DNA of 64,000 bases, from the NCBI GenBank assembly GCA_003193925.1, contig PSPG01000004.1, positions 1 through 64,000 of the forward strand, given 5' to 3'. Shown here piece after piece: positions 18,501-27,176 of the stretch. This stretch comes from Candidatus Thalassarchaeum betae (GTDB lineage: Archaea > Thermoplasmatota > Poseidoniia > Poseidoniales > Thalassarchaeaceae). The translations under genes and the position numbers were made by a program. The stretch's first letter is position 1, and every line of letters starts with the position of its first letter. The notes under the pieces are model-generated. The model worked only from the letters and a program-made list of their open reading frames with translations. It did no database searches and was not told where the DNA came from.

Positions 18501-20849
18501 GGTGGCACACCGGGCAGATGGAAGAAGACAGGGCTTTCGGATCCACTGGATTGCCTTCGTCTGAAACTGCTGGACATGCTGGGTTCAGAGGGTCCGCAGA
18601 CAGCCGTGACGCTCTGCGAGAGACTGCCTTTCCCCCCTGCCCAAGTCGACTCCGTGCTGCAAGAGCTCGAGATGAGGAACCTCGTCTCAATCGGCTTCTT
18701 CAAGCAGACTGACGATGGTGAGTACATCCTCCGGATGGATGAGTACAGAATCACTGGCGGAGAGGTGGATGTAGTCGATTACAGGACCCTGCAGTCGCTT
18801 CTCCTCCAGAAGTCGTTCACGAGGTATGACGAGCCTGCTGAGGCGATGAGGGCCCTTATCCTCATCCAGCGGCGTGATGAGCTGCTGCACAGGGTCCGCA
18901 ACTACAGGTTCAGGGACTGGAAGGACATCAAGCACGACCCGGACGTGTTCAATGGCAGGCTCTTGCACAATCGGGTCGGTTACACGCTCAAGGATCAGAT
19001 ACCCATCTTGCTAGGCCTACGCAACGAGCCATGGCTCGGCTCTCTTGAGGAGGAGCTGCTTGAGAAGATCCCAGAGAGTGGACTCACAAGGGCCGAACTT
19101 TTCTCCGATTACCCCAAAGGGAAGGAGAACGCTCACATCCAGAGAAGCCTCAAGAGCGCTCTCAATAATCTGGAGAGGCAGCTCGTCGTCGCCAAGCAAT
19201 ACATCGAGGTACCCAACAAGAAACGCTCCCTCGCCGTATTCCATAGGATCCACGGCATCATAGAGCCGCTGTCGTTCGACGACGCCCTCGTGGCCCTTAT
19301 CAACAGGATAGGGCCAATCCGTCTCCACACTCTGAGGTTCTTCGTAAGTAAGCCCGTGGAGGACCTAGCTGACGCTCTGAGAAGCTTGGAGGATGCGGGC
19401 AGGATCATCCGCGTCGTTGCATTACAGCCCGATCCCACGGACTATTACTCTTCCAAGGAAGATTCCGAGCAGCTACTTTCCATGATGCCCGAAGACAGGA
19501 AGATGAGGATACTGTCCCAATCCGACCCCTTCTGCAGCCGCTTCATACACGAGGTACGGCTGATACTCAAACAGGGTTGGTATCACCCCGTCTTCAAGGG
19601 TGTTGATCCAATAGGGCGGATCTTGATGTTCGTGGTCAACGACTACCTCGAGATCAAGGACATCAACATCCCCCACTCTTACCTAGACGAGTTCAAGGCT
19701 ACCTTCTCTACGCTCTTGGACAACTACAGGGACAGGCTCGTTGACGTCTCAGTCTTGCATGCCTTCAACGGTGTTCCAGTCCATGATTGCGACGACAGCA
19801 TACAGCAGATTCTATCTGACTTGGGCTTCTCCTCGATGGGCGACGAAGAGAGGTACATCCGAGGTGGGGTGGTCGAGCCCCGCTCGAGGAGGGAGGTCAA
19901 CCGTCTGTTGTTCTACCATCACAAGATGCATCAGGACAGCAGACTGGAGAACGAGATCATGGCACTCCAGGAGATGAGTGAGTTGCGTGATGACTTTGCC
20001 CTGAGGGGCAGGTGTGAGATGTTTCGGGTCAACCTACATTCGATGGCTGCTGCGCATCAGCTGCATCAAGGCACTAATCTGAGGGGGCATCAGGTATGGG
20101 CCAAACTGCAGCATTTCCAGCGGCTTCTCACTATCAGGAACGTCCATCCCGCTGAGGAGGACGTTGACATTCTCCAGTTCTTCAAGGAGCATCACGATCC
20201 GGCTATCTTCATGGAGAGGCACGCCATGAGGCGGGCTGAGTTCCGTAAGTTGATCTCGCCACTCGTTCGTAGCGGCCATCTGGTTCAGGACTACAGAGGT
20301 GGATTCAAGACGGTGGCGCCGATGCAGAGCACTGATCTCTGGCAGGTCAAGAGGGATTACCTTAGGGAGCTTGTGAAGGACTACCCGGTGATCTCTCTCA
20401 GCCAGGTCGAAAGGCTGGCCGGCTCTCCGTTCTCTGCTGAGGAGATCAGCGACGTCATGCACGAGTTCGAGGAGGACGAGACCCTGATCAAGGGCTTCCT
20501 AGTCGACGACCTCCAAGACATCTGCTGGGGTCGCCGGGACCTTCTCGAGGGGCTGAAGGGAATCCGTAAGACTCGTGATCTCGTCGTGCCTCCGTCCGAC
20601 CTCCTGATCCACTACTTCGGAGGCCTCCTCAGGGAGAGATTCGCCTTCGGCTCGGCATACATGGTGTTCCACAATGAGGAAGCGATTGCTGCCTTCAAGG
20701 CCAATATGAGGGGCGGCACTATCGAGGTGACGGACTTCGTAGGCGACTCGGAGCTCGAGAAGGAGGCTCTGAGGGTGATGAAGGAGTTCGCATGGGAGCA
20801 CGACATGCCGCTCACGGGCAAACTGTACGAGAAGCTACGCTCACGCTGA
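15558..20849 (+). CDS. lhr: Lhr-family SF2 helicase with a very long C-terminal region (1763 aa)
   Basis: SPTGSGKT, YISPIKAL.ND, ITTPES, DEMH, SAT, HHGS, LELGIDIG, QRLGRASH, LDVLAQ, IPSW.GE, FREVA. Confidence 0.93.
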   Translation: MPEIEYIEDRMETQELLDILSPPVRNWFVDKFPDFTEPQKIAIPRILNGEHLLLCSPTGSGKTLTAFLTIIDDLVRRSLDDTLPDTVQCVYISPIKALANDIQKNLIGPLTEIKERFLPSRAKDIKIGLRTGDTPQNEREKMLRRPPHILITTPESLGLILASKRWRPHLKDLKWMIIDEMHSLVPTKRGTLLSLSLALMDTVVSSEVQRIGISATMEPLDDVAEFLVASDPRESDKEPQRISIANVSGSREIDLDIILPTARFSSIPIKEILDHNIDRIKELVEAHTTTLVFVNTRNMTETVVQRLKIAGLEGVEGHHGSMDKTIRLDVESRLKNGLLRAVVSSTSLELGIDIGSVDLVIQVGSPGSISTALQRLGRASHQVGGIPRARFLPTSPHDLLELVAVQTGILRGSMDLLKFPENCLDVLAQFMIGLSIIREWDIDEGYELVTSSWPYRSLPYEDYIEVLDLLDEERRIWVDWEENRFGKRGFAQMIYYTNIGTIAPDNNYLVFTSDGTLVGQLSSSFVSSLRYGDVFLLGGSTYRVSSVRGTRVNVTSATGYRPTIPSWTGEAMSRTHELSQEILELLGHVALRQRLGDDVKPLLTDVLGLSRPVASALSEFFEEHCATTFQVPSRDRILVEQVEAPLPTYIVTTCRGRAFNMALGYLFAGIASADDVIVHELSFDENGFMAKLSHEVEVSRIPEIFRNGKSGDTLQRFLMDSQLFTKRFREVASRSMLNPRRIGGDEVSPKQFQQKAEQIMQKHRKMDDSIIVREVMNEILHTDLDMEQLDDFISRMDSEDVRIVHRKVKMPSPLGMTLFMSSFEDLLSLRTRAFLIKDVDPEILRRLLGARSLATDLDEGKLNDYYQSKVSVPLNANALLKLMDMGGGLEPTLTNPLYSDKLSNIDFDVMQGWVYELAERGLVTKIRNTGHKQIDDKWFSMRMAGVHGTLGCLAVAGAAEMDDLRELYTGGLTFEMGMDFEGGTPGRWKKTGLSDPLDCLRLKLLDMLGSEGPQTAVTLCERLPFPPAQVDSVLQELEMRNLVSIGFFKQTDDGEYILRMDEYRITGGEVDVVDYRTLQSLLLQKSFTRYDEPAEAMRALILIQRRDELLHRVRNYRFRDWKDIKHDPDVFNGRLLHNRVGYTLKDQIPILLGLRNEPWLGSLEEELLEKIPESGLTRAELFSDYPKGKENAHIQRSLKSALNNLERQLVVAKQYIEVPNKKRSLAVFHRIHGIIEPLSFDDALVALINRIGPIRLHTLRFFVSKPVEDLADALRSLEDAGRIIRVVALQPDPTDYYSSKEDSEQLLSMMPEDRKMRILSQSDPFCSRFIHEVRLILKQGWYHPVFKGVDPIGRILMFVVNDYLEIKDINIPHSYLDEFKATFSTLLDNYRDRLVDVSVLHAFNGVPVHDCDDSIQQILSDLGFSSMGDEERYIRGGVVEPRSRREVNRLLFYHHKMHQDSRLENEIMALQEMSELRDDFALRGRCEMFRVNLHSMAAAHQLHQGTNLRGHQVWAKLQHFQRLLTIRNVHPAEEDVDILQFFKEHHDPAIFMERHAMRRAEFRKLISPLVRSGHLVQDYRGGFKTVAPMQSTDLWQVKRDYLRELVKDYPVISLSQVERLAGSPFSAEEISDVMHEFEEDETLIKGFLVDDLQDICWGRRDLLEGLKGIRKTRDLVVPPSDLLIHYFGGLLRERFAFGSAYMVFHNEEAIAAFKANMRGGTIEVTDFVGDSELEKEALRVMKEFAWEHDMPLTGKLYEKLRSR

Positions 20850-21827
20850 CTCGGGCTTGGGCTTGTCCATGCCAAGCCCCTTCATCATTGGCTGCAGCAG
20901 CCGCATGATGTGCCGATGCAGTTCAGGCAGGAGGTCGAACAGTGCGAGTGCCATTAGGAACATGGCGAACAGACTGCCGAATTTAGCAGCGTAACTGTGG
21001 GTGAAGTCGAACATCCCAAGACCCATGAATGACCAACCGACGTAGTTGTCAGTGAGCCAGACTATCCCCGCGTTCCTGAATACGTTCAGGACGTGAATGG
21101 TGGGCAATGCGATGAACAGAGCCCGCATCCTTCTGTTCCACGGGACCGAACTCAGTGCCACGATGGCCCCCACGAAGACAATCATCGATTGCAGGGCCGA
21201 GCAGGCGAGAATGAAACTGACACTGACCACAGCCCCATCAGCATGTTCGAGCGGGACGAAGAAGCCGTTCTCTCCCAACGGCTCGGACATGATCCATCGG
21301 TTCCCATCCCACTCGGAAAGCGGAATCTCGCCAGTCCCGTAGAGGTCCACCATCATCGGGGCCATCTGGTAGCTCCCAAGTCCGGCGAATTCAAGCAGCA
21401 TCTCGGTGTTCCAGGCAGTGGCGTAGACGAATCCCATGTTCAGCATGGGGATGCTGTAGACGAGGTAGTACGGGACCACAGCCCACACCACGCAGCCCCT
21501 GAACCACACCAAGGCCTCAGGAGCCTCGTTCCAGTTGCGTATCTCCCAGACTCCCATGGCGATTCCGATGGGCAGGGCTCCGGCGGTCATCACAACCAAG
21601 ACGGGGTCGGAGATCTCGACGTAATGCGCAGATTGGAGGTAGAGAAATAATCCCATGATAGTCCATCCGAATGCCGATGAGTAAGGCGCATACCATTCGC
21701 TTCTGAGGTGGAAGCCGACCCCGAGCGTAATCGCTCCCAATGCGCATATCATCAGCTGCACACTCACATCAGCGATGCCAAGAGAGTCGGCTATCATCCC
21801 CACGAGCAGCGCCAGAGGCTCTTGCAT
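20841..21827 (-). CDS. artA: Archaeosortase A-like transpeptidase (exosortase family)
   Basis: Multi-TM protein; ILACSALQS (catalytic Cys), LNVFRN (Arg), FDFTHSYAAKFGS; start set at ATG 21827. Confidence 0.85.
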   Translation of the reverse strand: MQEPLALLVGMIADSLGIADVSVQLMICALGAITLGVGFHLRSEWYAPYSSAFGWTIMGLFLYLQSAHYVEISDPVLVVMTAGALPIGIAMGVWEIRNWNEAPEALVWFRGCVVWAVVPYYLVYSIPMLNMGFVYATAWNTEMLLEFAGLGSYQMAPMMVDLYGTGEIPLSEWDGNRWIMSEPLGENGFFVPLEHADGAVVSVSFILACSALQSMIVFVGAIVALSSVPWNRRMRALFIALPTIHVLNVFRNAGIVWLTDNYVGWSFMGLGMFDFTHSYAAKFGSLFAMFLMALALFDLLPELHRHIMRLLQPMMKGLGMDKPKPESA

Positions 21828-21890
21828 TGATGTGTTTCCGCCCATCAACCCGTAAATAGGATGCCCTCGCCGGCGGGTACGGAGATACCG

Positions 21891-22460
21891 ATGGGTTTCC
21901 AGTTCGACGAGTTCGCAGATTCCTATCTCACGAATCTCCGTCAGGCGCTGGATGAGTTGCCCAAGGAGGCACTGAGGGCGTTCTGGGAGCAAGTAGAGGC
22001 GACCCGCAGTGAAGGTGGCAGCGTCCATTTCATCGGCAATGGAGGAAGCGCCGCCACCCCATCCCACAGTGCTGGGGACTGGTCGAAGGAGCTGTCACTC
22101 AGGACCATCGCCCACACCGACAATGCATCTTCGTTGACCGCTTGGGCGAATGATACCGATTATTCCAACATCTTCGTCGGACAATTGTCGACTTTTGTCA
22201 GGGAAGGAGATCTGGTCGTGGCCTACAGCGGATCGGGCAATTCCGAAAACGTCGTTAATGGAATCCGCTTCGCCCGTGAAACTGGCTGCAGGACAGCGGT
22301 AATCACCGGTGATCTCGATGGGATGGGCGGCGGCAAACTCGCTCAGATGGCCGATGTCGCTGTGGTGGCGCCGACCGGTTCCATGGAGATGATTGAGGAC
22401 ATACAGTTGGTCGTCAACCACATCATCAAGGAGGCCGTGAAGGCTCACAACGGGCTGTGA
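21891..22460 (+). CDS. gmhA: SIS-domain phosphoheptose (sedoheptulose-7-P) isomerase-like protein
   Basis: IGNGGSAA, LTAWANDTDY..IFV.QL, SGSGNSENV, IED...VNH; ggaga upstream of ATG 21891. Confidence 0.8.
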   Translation: MGFQFDEFADSYLTNLRQALDELPKEALRAFWEQVEATRSEGGSVHFIGNGGSAATPSHSAGDWSKELSLRTIAHTDNASSLTAWANDTDYSNIFVGQLSTFVREGDLVVAYSGSGNSENVVNGIRFARETGCRTAVITGDLDGMGGGKLAQMADVAVVAPTGSMEMIEDIQLVVNHIIKEAVKAHNGL

Positions 22461-23107
22461 ATACCTTGCTCGCCGCTCACAGAGACGACGTGGAACTGGT
22501 ATCACCTCTCAAACTGCTCGATTTGCCGAATGACGCTGCATGGGACGGTAGGATTGCTTTCCTTGACAGGGACGGTGTCCTCATCATCGGTTCCGAGGAC
22601 TACGTCAATACAGTCGATGACGTGATTCTACTTCCTGATTCGGCTAAGTCGGTAGGCAGTCTCAGGCGCGCAGGATACCGAGTCTGCATTGTCACGAACC
22701 AATCACCTATCGGCAGGCATCACTGGGACCGGAGTAACCTCTCGAGGATTCACCAGCAGATGATCCGCCTCATGCTCGAACAAGACGAGGACGCGCTGCT
22801 TGACCTGATACTGCATAGTCCCTATGCGCCTTGGGAAGGCGCTTGGGCACGCAAACCGCATCCAGGCATGTTAGAGGCAGGTAGGCAGATCTTGGACGCC
22901 GCTTCCAGAGACTCCTCCTTGGAGGGGGTCGAACTCAAGTTCGGGGACGACTGGACTGAACGCCCCGACGAGTCCGGCTCGGTTATGGTCGGTGATCGAG
23001 GGGTGGACATGTCCGCAGCGGCCAGATACGGTGTCAGAGGGTTGCTCTGTGATTCCGATACTGGGCTCGCTGATGTGATCGATTCCATACTGGGGGTCTC
23101 GGCTTGA
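22457..23107 (+). CDS. gmhB: HAD-IIIA phosphatase, GmhB/HisB-N type
   Basis: FLDRDGVL, VTNQS, RKPHPGML, MVGDR..D; translationally coupled to gmhA. Confidence 0.78.
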   Translation: MNTLLAAHRDDVELVSPLKLLDLPNDAAWDGRIAFLDRDGVLIIGSEDYVNTVDDVILLPDSAKSVGSLRRAGYRVCIVTNQSPIGRHHWDRSNLSRIHQQMIRLMLEQDEDALLDLILHSPYAPWEGAWARKPHPGMLEAGRQILDAASRDSSLEGVELKFGDDWTERPDESGSVMVGDRGVDMSAAARYGVRGLLCDSDTGLADVIDSILGVSA

Positions 23108-24369
23108 TTGCCGAAGCGAGTGCCCGGATCATCCGAATCGGGTTGGATGACACGGATCACCCGGAGTCAGGTTGCACTACGGCCTCTTTCGACGACCTGC
23201 TTCGTTCCATTGAGAACCAAGTCGTCGGGTTCAGACTGATTGAGAGGCGATTGGTCCGCCTTTGGCCATTCGCAGTTCGCCGGACCAGGGGGAACGGTGC
23301 GTTGTCCGCAATCATCCAGATTCCCGAGAATCAGCACAACTCGTTCAATTCCGTGTGCGATGAGTGGTTCGAGGGACTCCTGAGAGAAACTGCGAGATTC
23401 CCACCTTCCCCGGTTCGTGCCGCGCCTGTGTTGCTGACCTCCGAAGACCAACTGCCTGAAGAGTGGTACTGGGATACGGTGCGCGGACACGTTGAGTTGG
23501 AACCACGCCTTCAGGAGATTCGCTCTCTTTCATGTATAATTCGTTCAGGTGACGAATGCTGGGGTGCTGTCGGTGCCAGTGCTGCCATAGCATGGCAGCC
23601 CATCGAGGATTCCACCTGGGAGTTGATTTCGTGGAGGAATGATTCGATGATAGGTAAGCAGAGAATTGTCTCTTCAGAGGTAGTTAGTCTGATGGAGAGG
23701 GAGCATTCTGAGACTTTCATGAATCGCGACCCCACTGCTGACAGGGGGCTAATCGCACCTAGGACTCCCTGCCCGGTTCTGTACGGGATCAGGGGCGCCA
23801 CCGAGGCTAGCGTTGAGGCCGCACATCTCTGGCTCCAGTCTCGCAGCGACGTAGAGCACTCACCGCGTTGGGCCGCGCACAGGACCAACCAATTGTCCGA
23901 CGATCACGTCAGGGGCGTCTCGTTAGGCACAGTGATTACTCTCCCCCATGAGACCAAGGGAGCTCATTCGCACATCGCAGCGTACTGTGGCGGTCTCAGG
24001 GCTGATTTGGTTGCATTCTCGGAAGCCGGGCCCGTGAACAGACTGCTTCGCAGACTGCTTCCTGGTGACAGGATTGCCTGGGTGGGATTGACTGCACCGG
24101 ACGACTCAGTGCATCTCGAGCGCTTGGCGCTCGTCGATTGCGTACCCAGAGTTGTTGCCAGACCTACCTGTTGCGGCAGGACGATGCGGAGCGCAGGTGC
24201 CGGGCAGACCCTGAGGTGCCAGTTCTGCCGGAGCGAGGCCGAGAGGACATGGGTATCGCGGGGCATCGACTTGAGAGCCCTCGACCTGATAGGCAACTGG
24301 TCCGAGCCATACCCCTCCAACCGCAGGCACCTCGCGAAACCCCTGGAAATGAATGCCCCGAATCTGTGA
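23104..24369 (+). CDS. tiaS: tRNA(Ile2) agmatinylcytidine synthetase
   Basis: IGLDDTD...GCTT, RTRGNGA, WELISWR, PRTPCPVLYGIRG, TNQ.SDDH, C-terminal Zn ribbon and RRHLAKP. Confidence 0.92.
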   Translation: MIAEASARIIRIGLDDTDHPESGCTTASFDDLLRSIENQVVGFRLIERRLVRLWPFAVRRTRGNGALSAIIQIPENQHNSFNSVCDEWFEGLLRETARFPPSPVRAAPVLLTSEDQLPEEWYWDTVRGHVELEPRLQEIRSLSCIIRSGDECWGAVGASAAIAWQPIEDSTWELISWRNDSMIGKQRIVSSEVVSLMEREHSETFMNRDPTADRGLIAPRTPCPVLYGIRGATEASVEAAHLWLQSRSDVEHSPRWAAHRTNQLSDDHVRGVSLGTVITLPHETKGAHSHIAAYCGGLRADLVAFSEAGPVNRLLRRLLPGDRIAWVGLTAPDDSVHLERLALVDCVPRVVARPTCCGRTMRSAGAGQTLRCQFCRSEAERTWVSRGIDLRALDLIGNWSEPYPSNRRHLAKPLEMNAPNL

Positions 24370-24408
24370 TGAATAAGGTGAAATGCACAACTCCTGAGGG
24401 TTGCGCAG

Positions 24409-24633
24409 ATGGATACTGAAGTCATGGCCAACATCATTCTGTCATTAACTGCCCTACTGATGATATGGGCCTTGCTGAGGCACAGGCAGAAGACCAGGCT
24501 GTCACAAATCAATGATAGCGATGAACACAGAGGCATGGCCAGGAATCCCGAGGCCCTGATGACCACCGAGGATGGTGCGATGCGGGAGATTGACAAGCTC
24601 TTGAGTCTCCAGAACGCTGACACAGAGGACTGA
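24409..24633 (+). CDS. Small single-TM hypothetical protein
   Basis: 74-aa ORF with an N-terminal hydrophobic helix; fills the gap between genes. Confidence 0.6.
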   Translation: MDTEVMANIILSLTALLMIWALLRHRQKTRLSQINDSDEHRGMARNPEALMTTEDGAMREIDKLLSLQNADTED

Positions 24634-24723
24634 TTATCTCGGAAGAACCCGGCTTCATCAGAACCTCCTCAATGGCAGGAATCAATCGAGAATGCTATAC
24701 AATGCCGGTCTATCCCAACATCC

Positions 24724-24933
24724 GTGTCGGAGTCACGAGAGAGGATTCCCCGACGCCCCCTTCCTGACTTTGAGGAGTCAGAGGAGGGTATGAAGAAGGC
24801 GATAGCCGAAGCCGGATTCCTCAACGTCGCGTTGAACGACGTCAATCAGTACGGCCCTCACGCGATGGTGATGCTCCTAGGCATCTTCGCATCCCTGACG
24901 GGGTTGATACTGCTATTGCTGATGCTGCTCTAA
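24724..24933 (+). CDS. Small tail-anchored membrane protein
   Basis: 69-aa ORF with a C-terminal hydrophobic helix; TATA-like ctataca about 30 nt upstream. Confidence 0.65.
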   Translation: MSESRERIPRRPLPDFEESEEGMKKAIAEAGFLNVALNDVNQYGPHAMVMLLGIFASLTGLILLLLMLL

Positions 24934-26279
24934 TGCAGCATCTCCCGTGCTTTGCTGACTGCCATGTCAACTATGCGCCCACTGTGTCCTAGGTGCCCCT
25001 CCGGTTCGAATAGGCGACTCAACTCAGCCGAGTTGAATGCATCCGAAATCCGCGGAATCTTCGAGCAGACCTCCTCAAGATTGACCCCCCTGGACAGGGC
25101 CTCGGTCGAAGCTCTGCGCAGTATCTCGTGAGCATCTTCCCTGGGTACTCCCTTGTCGACCAGTGCCAGCATGACACACTCTGCCATGATCAAACCTTGC
25201 TGAGCATCTATGTTGGCCCGCATCCTCTGCGAGTCCACGACTAGATTGGACAAGACCCAATCGCTCTTAGCGAGGATGTCGTCGAGCAGTATCATCGAGT
25301 GTGACAGGGTGAACCTCTCCGAGGAGGAATTAGTGAGGTCCCTCTCATGCCAGAGCAGGGCATTCTCGTAGGATGGCACGATCATCGCGCGCACGATCCT
25401 TGCTAGTCCGCAGGCGTTCTCGGAGGTAATCGGGTTCCTCTTATGGGCCATCGTGGATGATCCGACTTGCTTCTCAGCATCGAAGGCCTCTGCAACCTCT
25501 GCGATCTCGCTCCTCTGGAGATTCCTGACTTCTTGGAGCACCTTCTCGACGCTGGTAGCGACATTGGCCATCCAGCCGACCCATTCGATGTAGCGATCTC
25601 GGCCTACGACTTGAGTCGTGGCTACGGGGATTCCCAGTCCCAATTCGGTCATTATGAGGTCCTGCAGTTCGAAGGCATCCTCCCCTTGGGCAGCCCCGGT
25701 TCCGACAGCTCCGAGAAACTTGCCGGTAGTGGCACGTGTAGCCAGTTCATCGAGCCTCTCGAGGTGCCTTGCGAATTCATCGACCCATACAGCGACCTTG
25801 AGCCCAAATGTGATCGGCACGGCTGCTTGTCCATGTGTGCGTCCGAGCATGACGGTGTCACGTTCCCTCTCAGCGATGTCGCACATCGTTGTCATCAGTC
25901 GCTTGAGCATGTCCCTCTGCATAGCGATGCTGTCCTTGATTTGCAGAGCGACTGCGGAGTCGACGATATCGTTGCTGGTAGCCCCGAGATGGATGCACCA
26001 GCCGGCTTTGCCCGCTGCCTCGGCCATGGCCTTCGTGAGCGCCATGATGTCGTGCCGAGTCTCCTGCTCGATCTCGTCAACTCGATCCGCTGTGACAATC
26101 CCCGGATCTGCGATATCGGCTATCTTATCATAGTCTTCAGCACTGACTCGCCCGAGTTGGCAGTGTGCCCAGACGAGGGCCCTTTCGACCTCGAGATGCC
26201 GCGCGTGCCGACCTTCTCTGGACCAGATGTGCTTGGCCTCGTCACGACCGTATCGATAGTCCAGAGGCGATACTGACAC
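24930..26279 (-). CDS. purB: Adenylosuccinate lyase
   Basis: TRHD, HLGATSND, GRTHGQ.A.P.TFG, GSSTMAHKRNP, HERDLTNSS.ER. Confidence 0.96.
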   Translation of the reverse strand: MSVSPLDYRYGRDEAKHIWSREGRHARHLEVERALVWAHCQLGRVSAEDYDKIADIADPGIVTADRVDEIEQETRHDIMALTKAMAEAAGKAGWCIHLGATSNDIVDSAVALQIKDSIAMQRDMLKRLMTTMCDIAERERDTVMLGRTHGQAAVPITFGLKVAVWVDEFARHLERLDELATRATTGKFLGAVGTGAAQGEDAFELQDLIMTELGLGIPVATTQVVGRDRYIEWVGWMANVATSVEKVLQEVRNLQRSEIAEVAEAFDAEKQVGSSTMAHKRNPITSENACGLARIVRAMIVPSYENALLWHERDLTNSSSERFTLSHSMILLDDILAKSDWVLSNLVVDSQRMRANIDAQQGLIMAECVMLALVDKGVPREDAHEILRRASTEALSRGVNLEEVCSKIPRISDAFNSAELSRLFEPEGHLGHSGRIVDMAVSKAREMLH

Positions 26280-26321
26280 GGCCTTCCCCGTGAACAGCCG
26301 ACCCCAGCCCCCTGTTTGAGT

Positions 26322-27077
26322 CTAGCGCATGGCAGATAATGAGGCTGAGAGCACGTTCCAGACTCCCCGGCGACCATCCCACAGAGACTCAGCAGTGCAT
26401 TCTATCGTTCTGCGCATGTGCGGTCCGCCAAGCACGATGGTCTCAAATTCGCCACCTTCGCCATCTAGGTTGAATCGATGCCTGCGGGACAGTAACTTGA
26501 GTTCGTCCAGAGTGGCATCATCCAGTTTCCTGCCCAGCCATTCGCCCCCAATACCCTCTGCAGACACCGATGCTATCCTGACATCGAAGCCATGATCCAC
26601 CAAGGACTTCATGTGCTCTTCGGCCGAGTGATGCCACAGGGGGCAGAACGAAATCATCCCAAGGCGATCGCACATCCTGTCTATCCTTGTCTTCTGGTAG
26701 TCGGAACGCAGAGCGCCAGCAACCAGGGCATCCACTGCCAGAGTACCTTCGTGGACCACGAGCTCCTTCGGCTCTTCCCAGTCTTCGGGCCACGATTCAG
26801 AGAAGGCGATGTAACTGCTCCCTTCCCCTCCCATGGCAGCCTCGAGGTCGGATACCTCCGATTCGGGTTCACCAGCGGTCATGACAGGAAGCCATGGGAC
26901 GCCCATGGAAGCGGCTTGCAAGGCAGCAATCGCAGTACCGTTCAATTGGAACATCATCGAGTCATTACCCGTAACGTGAACCGTAACGAGGCACTTGACG
27001 TCCCAACCCTGCATCATAGCCCACCAAGCGACATAAGAGGAGTCTTTGCCGCCCGATGCCAGTACCGCGACTCTCAT
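26322..27077 (-). CDS. dph6: Diphthine--ammonia ligase (Dph6)
   Basis: PP-loop SGGKDS, GALRSDYQ, PLW, GEGGEFET.V. Confidence 0.9.
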   Translation of the reverse strand: MRVAVLASGGKDSSYVAWWAMMQGWDVKCLVTVHVTGNDSMMFQLNGTAIAALQAASMGVPWLPVMTAGEPESEVSDLEAAMGGEGSSYIAFSESWPEDWEEPKELVVHEGTLAVDALVAGALRSDYQKTRIDRMCDRLGMISFCPLWHHSAEEHMKSLVDHGFDVRIASVSAEGIGGEWLGRKLDDATLDELKLLSRRHRFNLDGEGGEFETIVLGGPHMRRTIECTAESLWDGRRGVWNVLSASLSAMR

Positions 27078-27176
27078 CGTCCCTGCGCAGCGCTACATGG
27101 CCATGAATGCCGCGATTCTCGAGGGCTCTGCCGACCAAGATTGATAAGACCCCGACTTGGCTTGGACACGTTGACC

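Noticed and set aside
15558-20849. Intein as the cause of Lhr's length
   Set aside because: The helicase motifs are contiguous, the extra length is C-terminal, and no intein splice motifs or LAGLIDADG blocks are visible.
24366-24420. Possible C/D box sRNA (GTGATGA ... CTGA ... CTGA)
   Set aside because: Box spacing does not fit the usual two guides of about 10-12 nt, there is no credible C' box, and it overlaps CDS ends.
26592-27176. Apparent 195-aa N-terminal extension of the proteasome alpha subunit (similar extensions on srp54, artA, coaBC, priS, mqnE)
   Set aside because: Artefacts of calling the most upstream start. They overlap neighbouring genes or promoter regions, and family homology begins at the downstream start.
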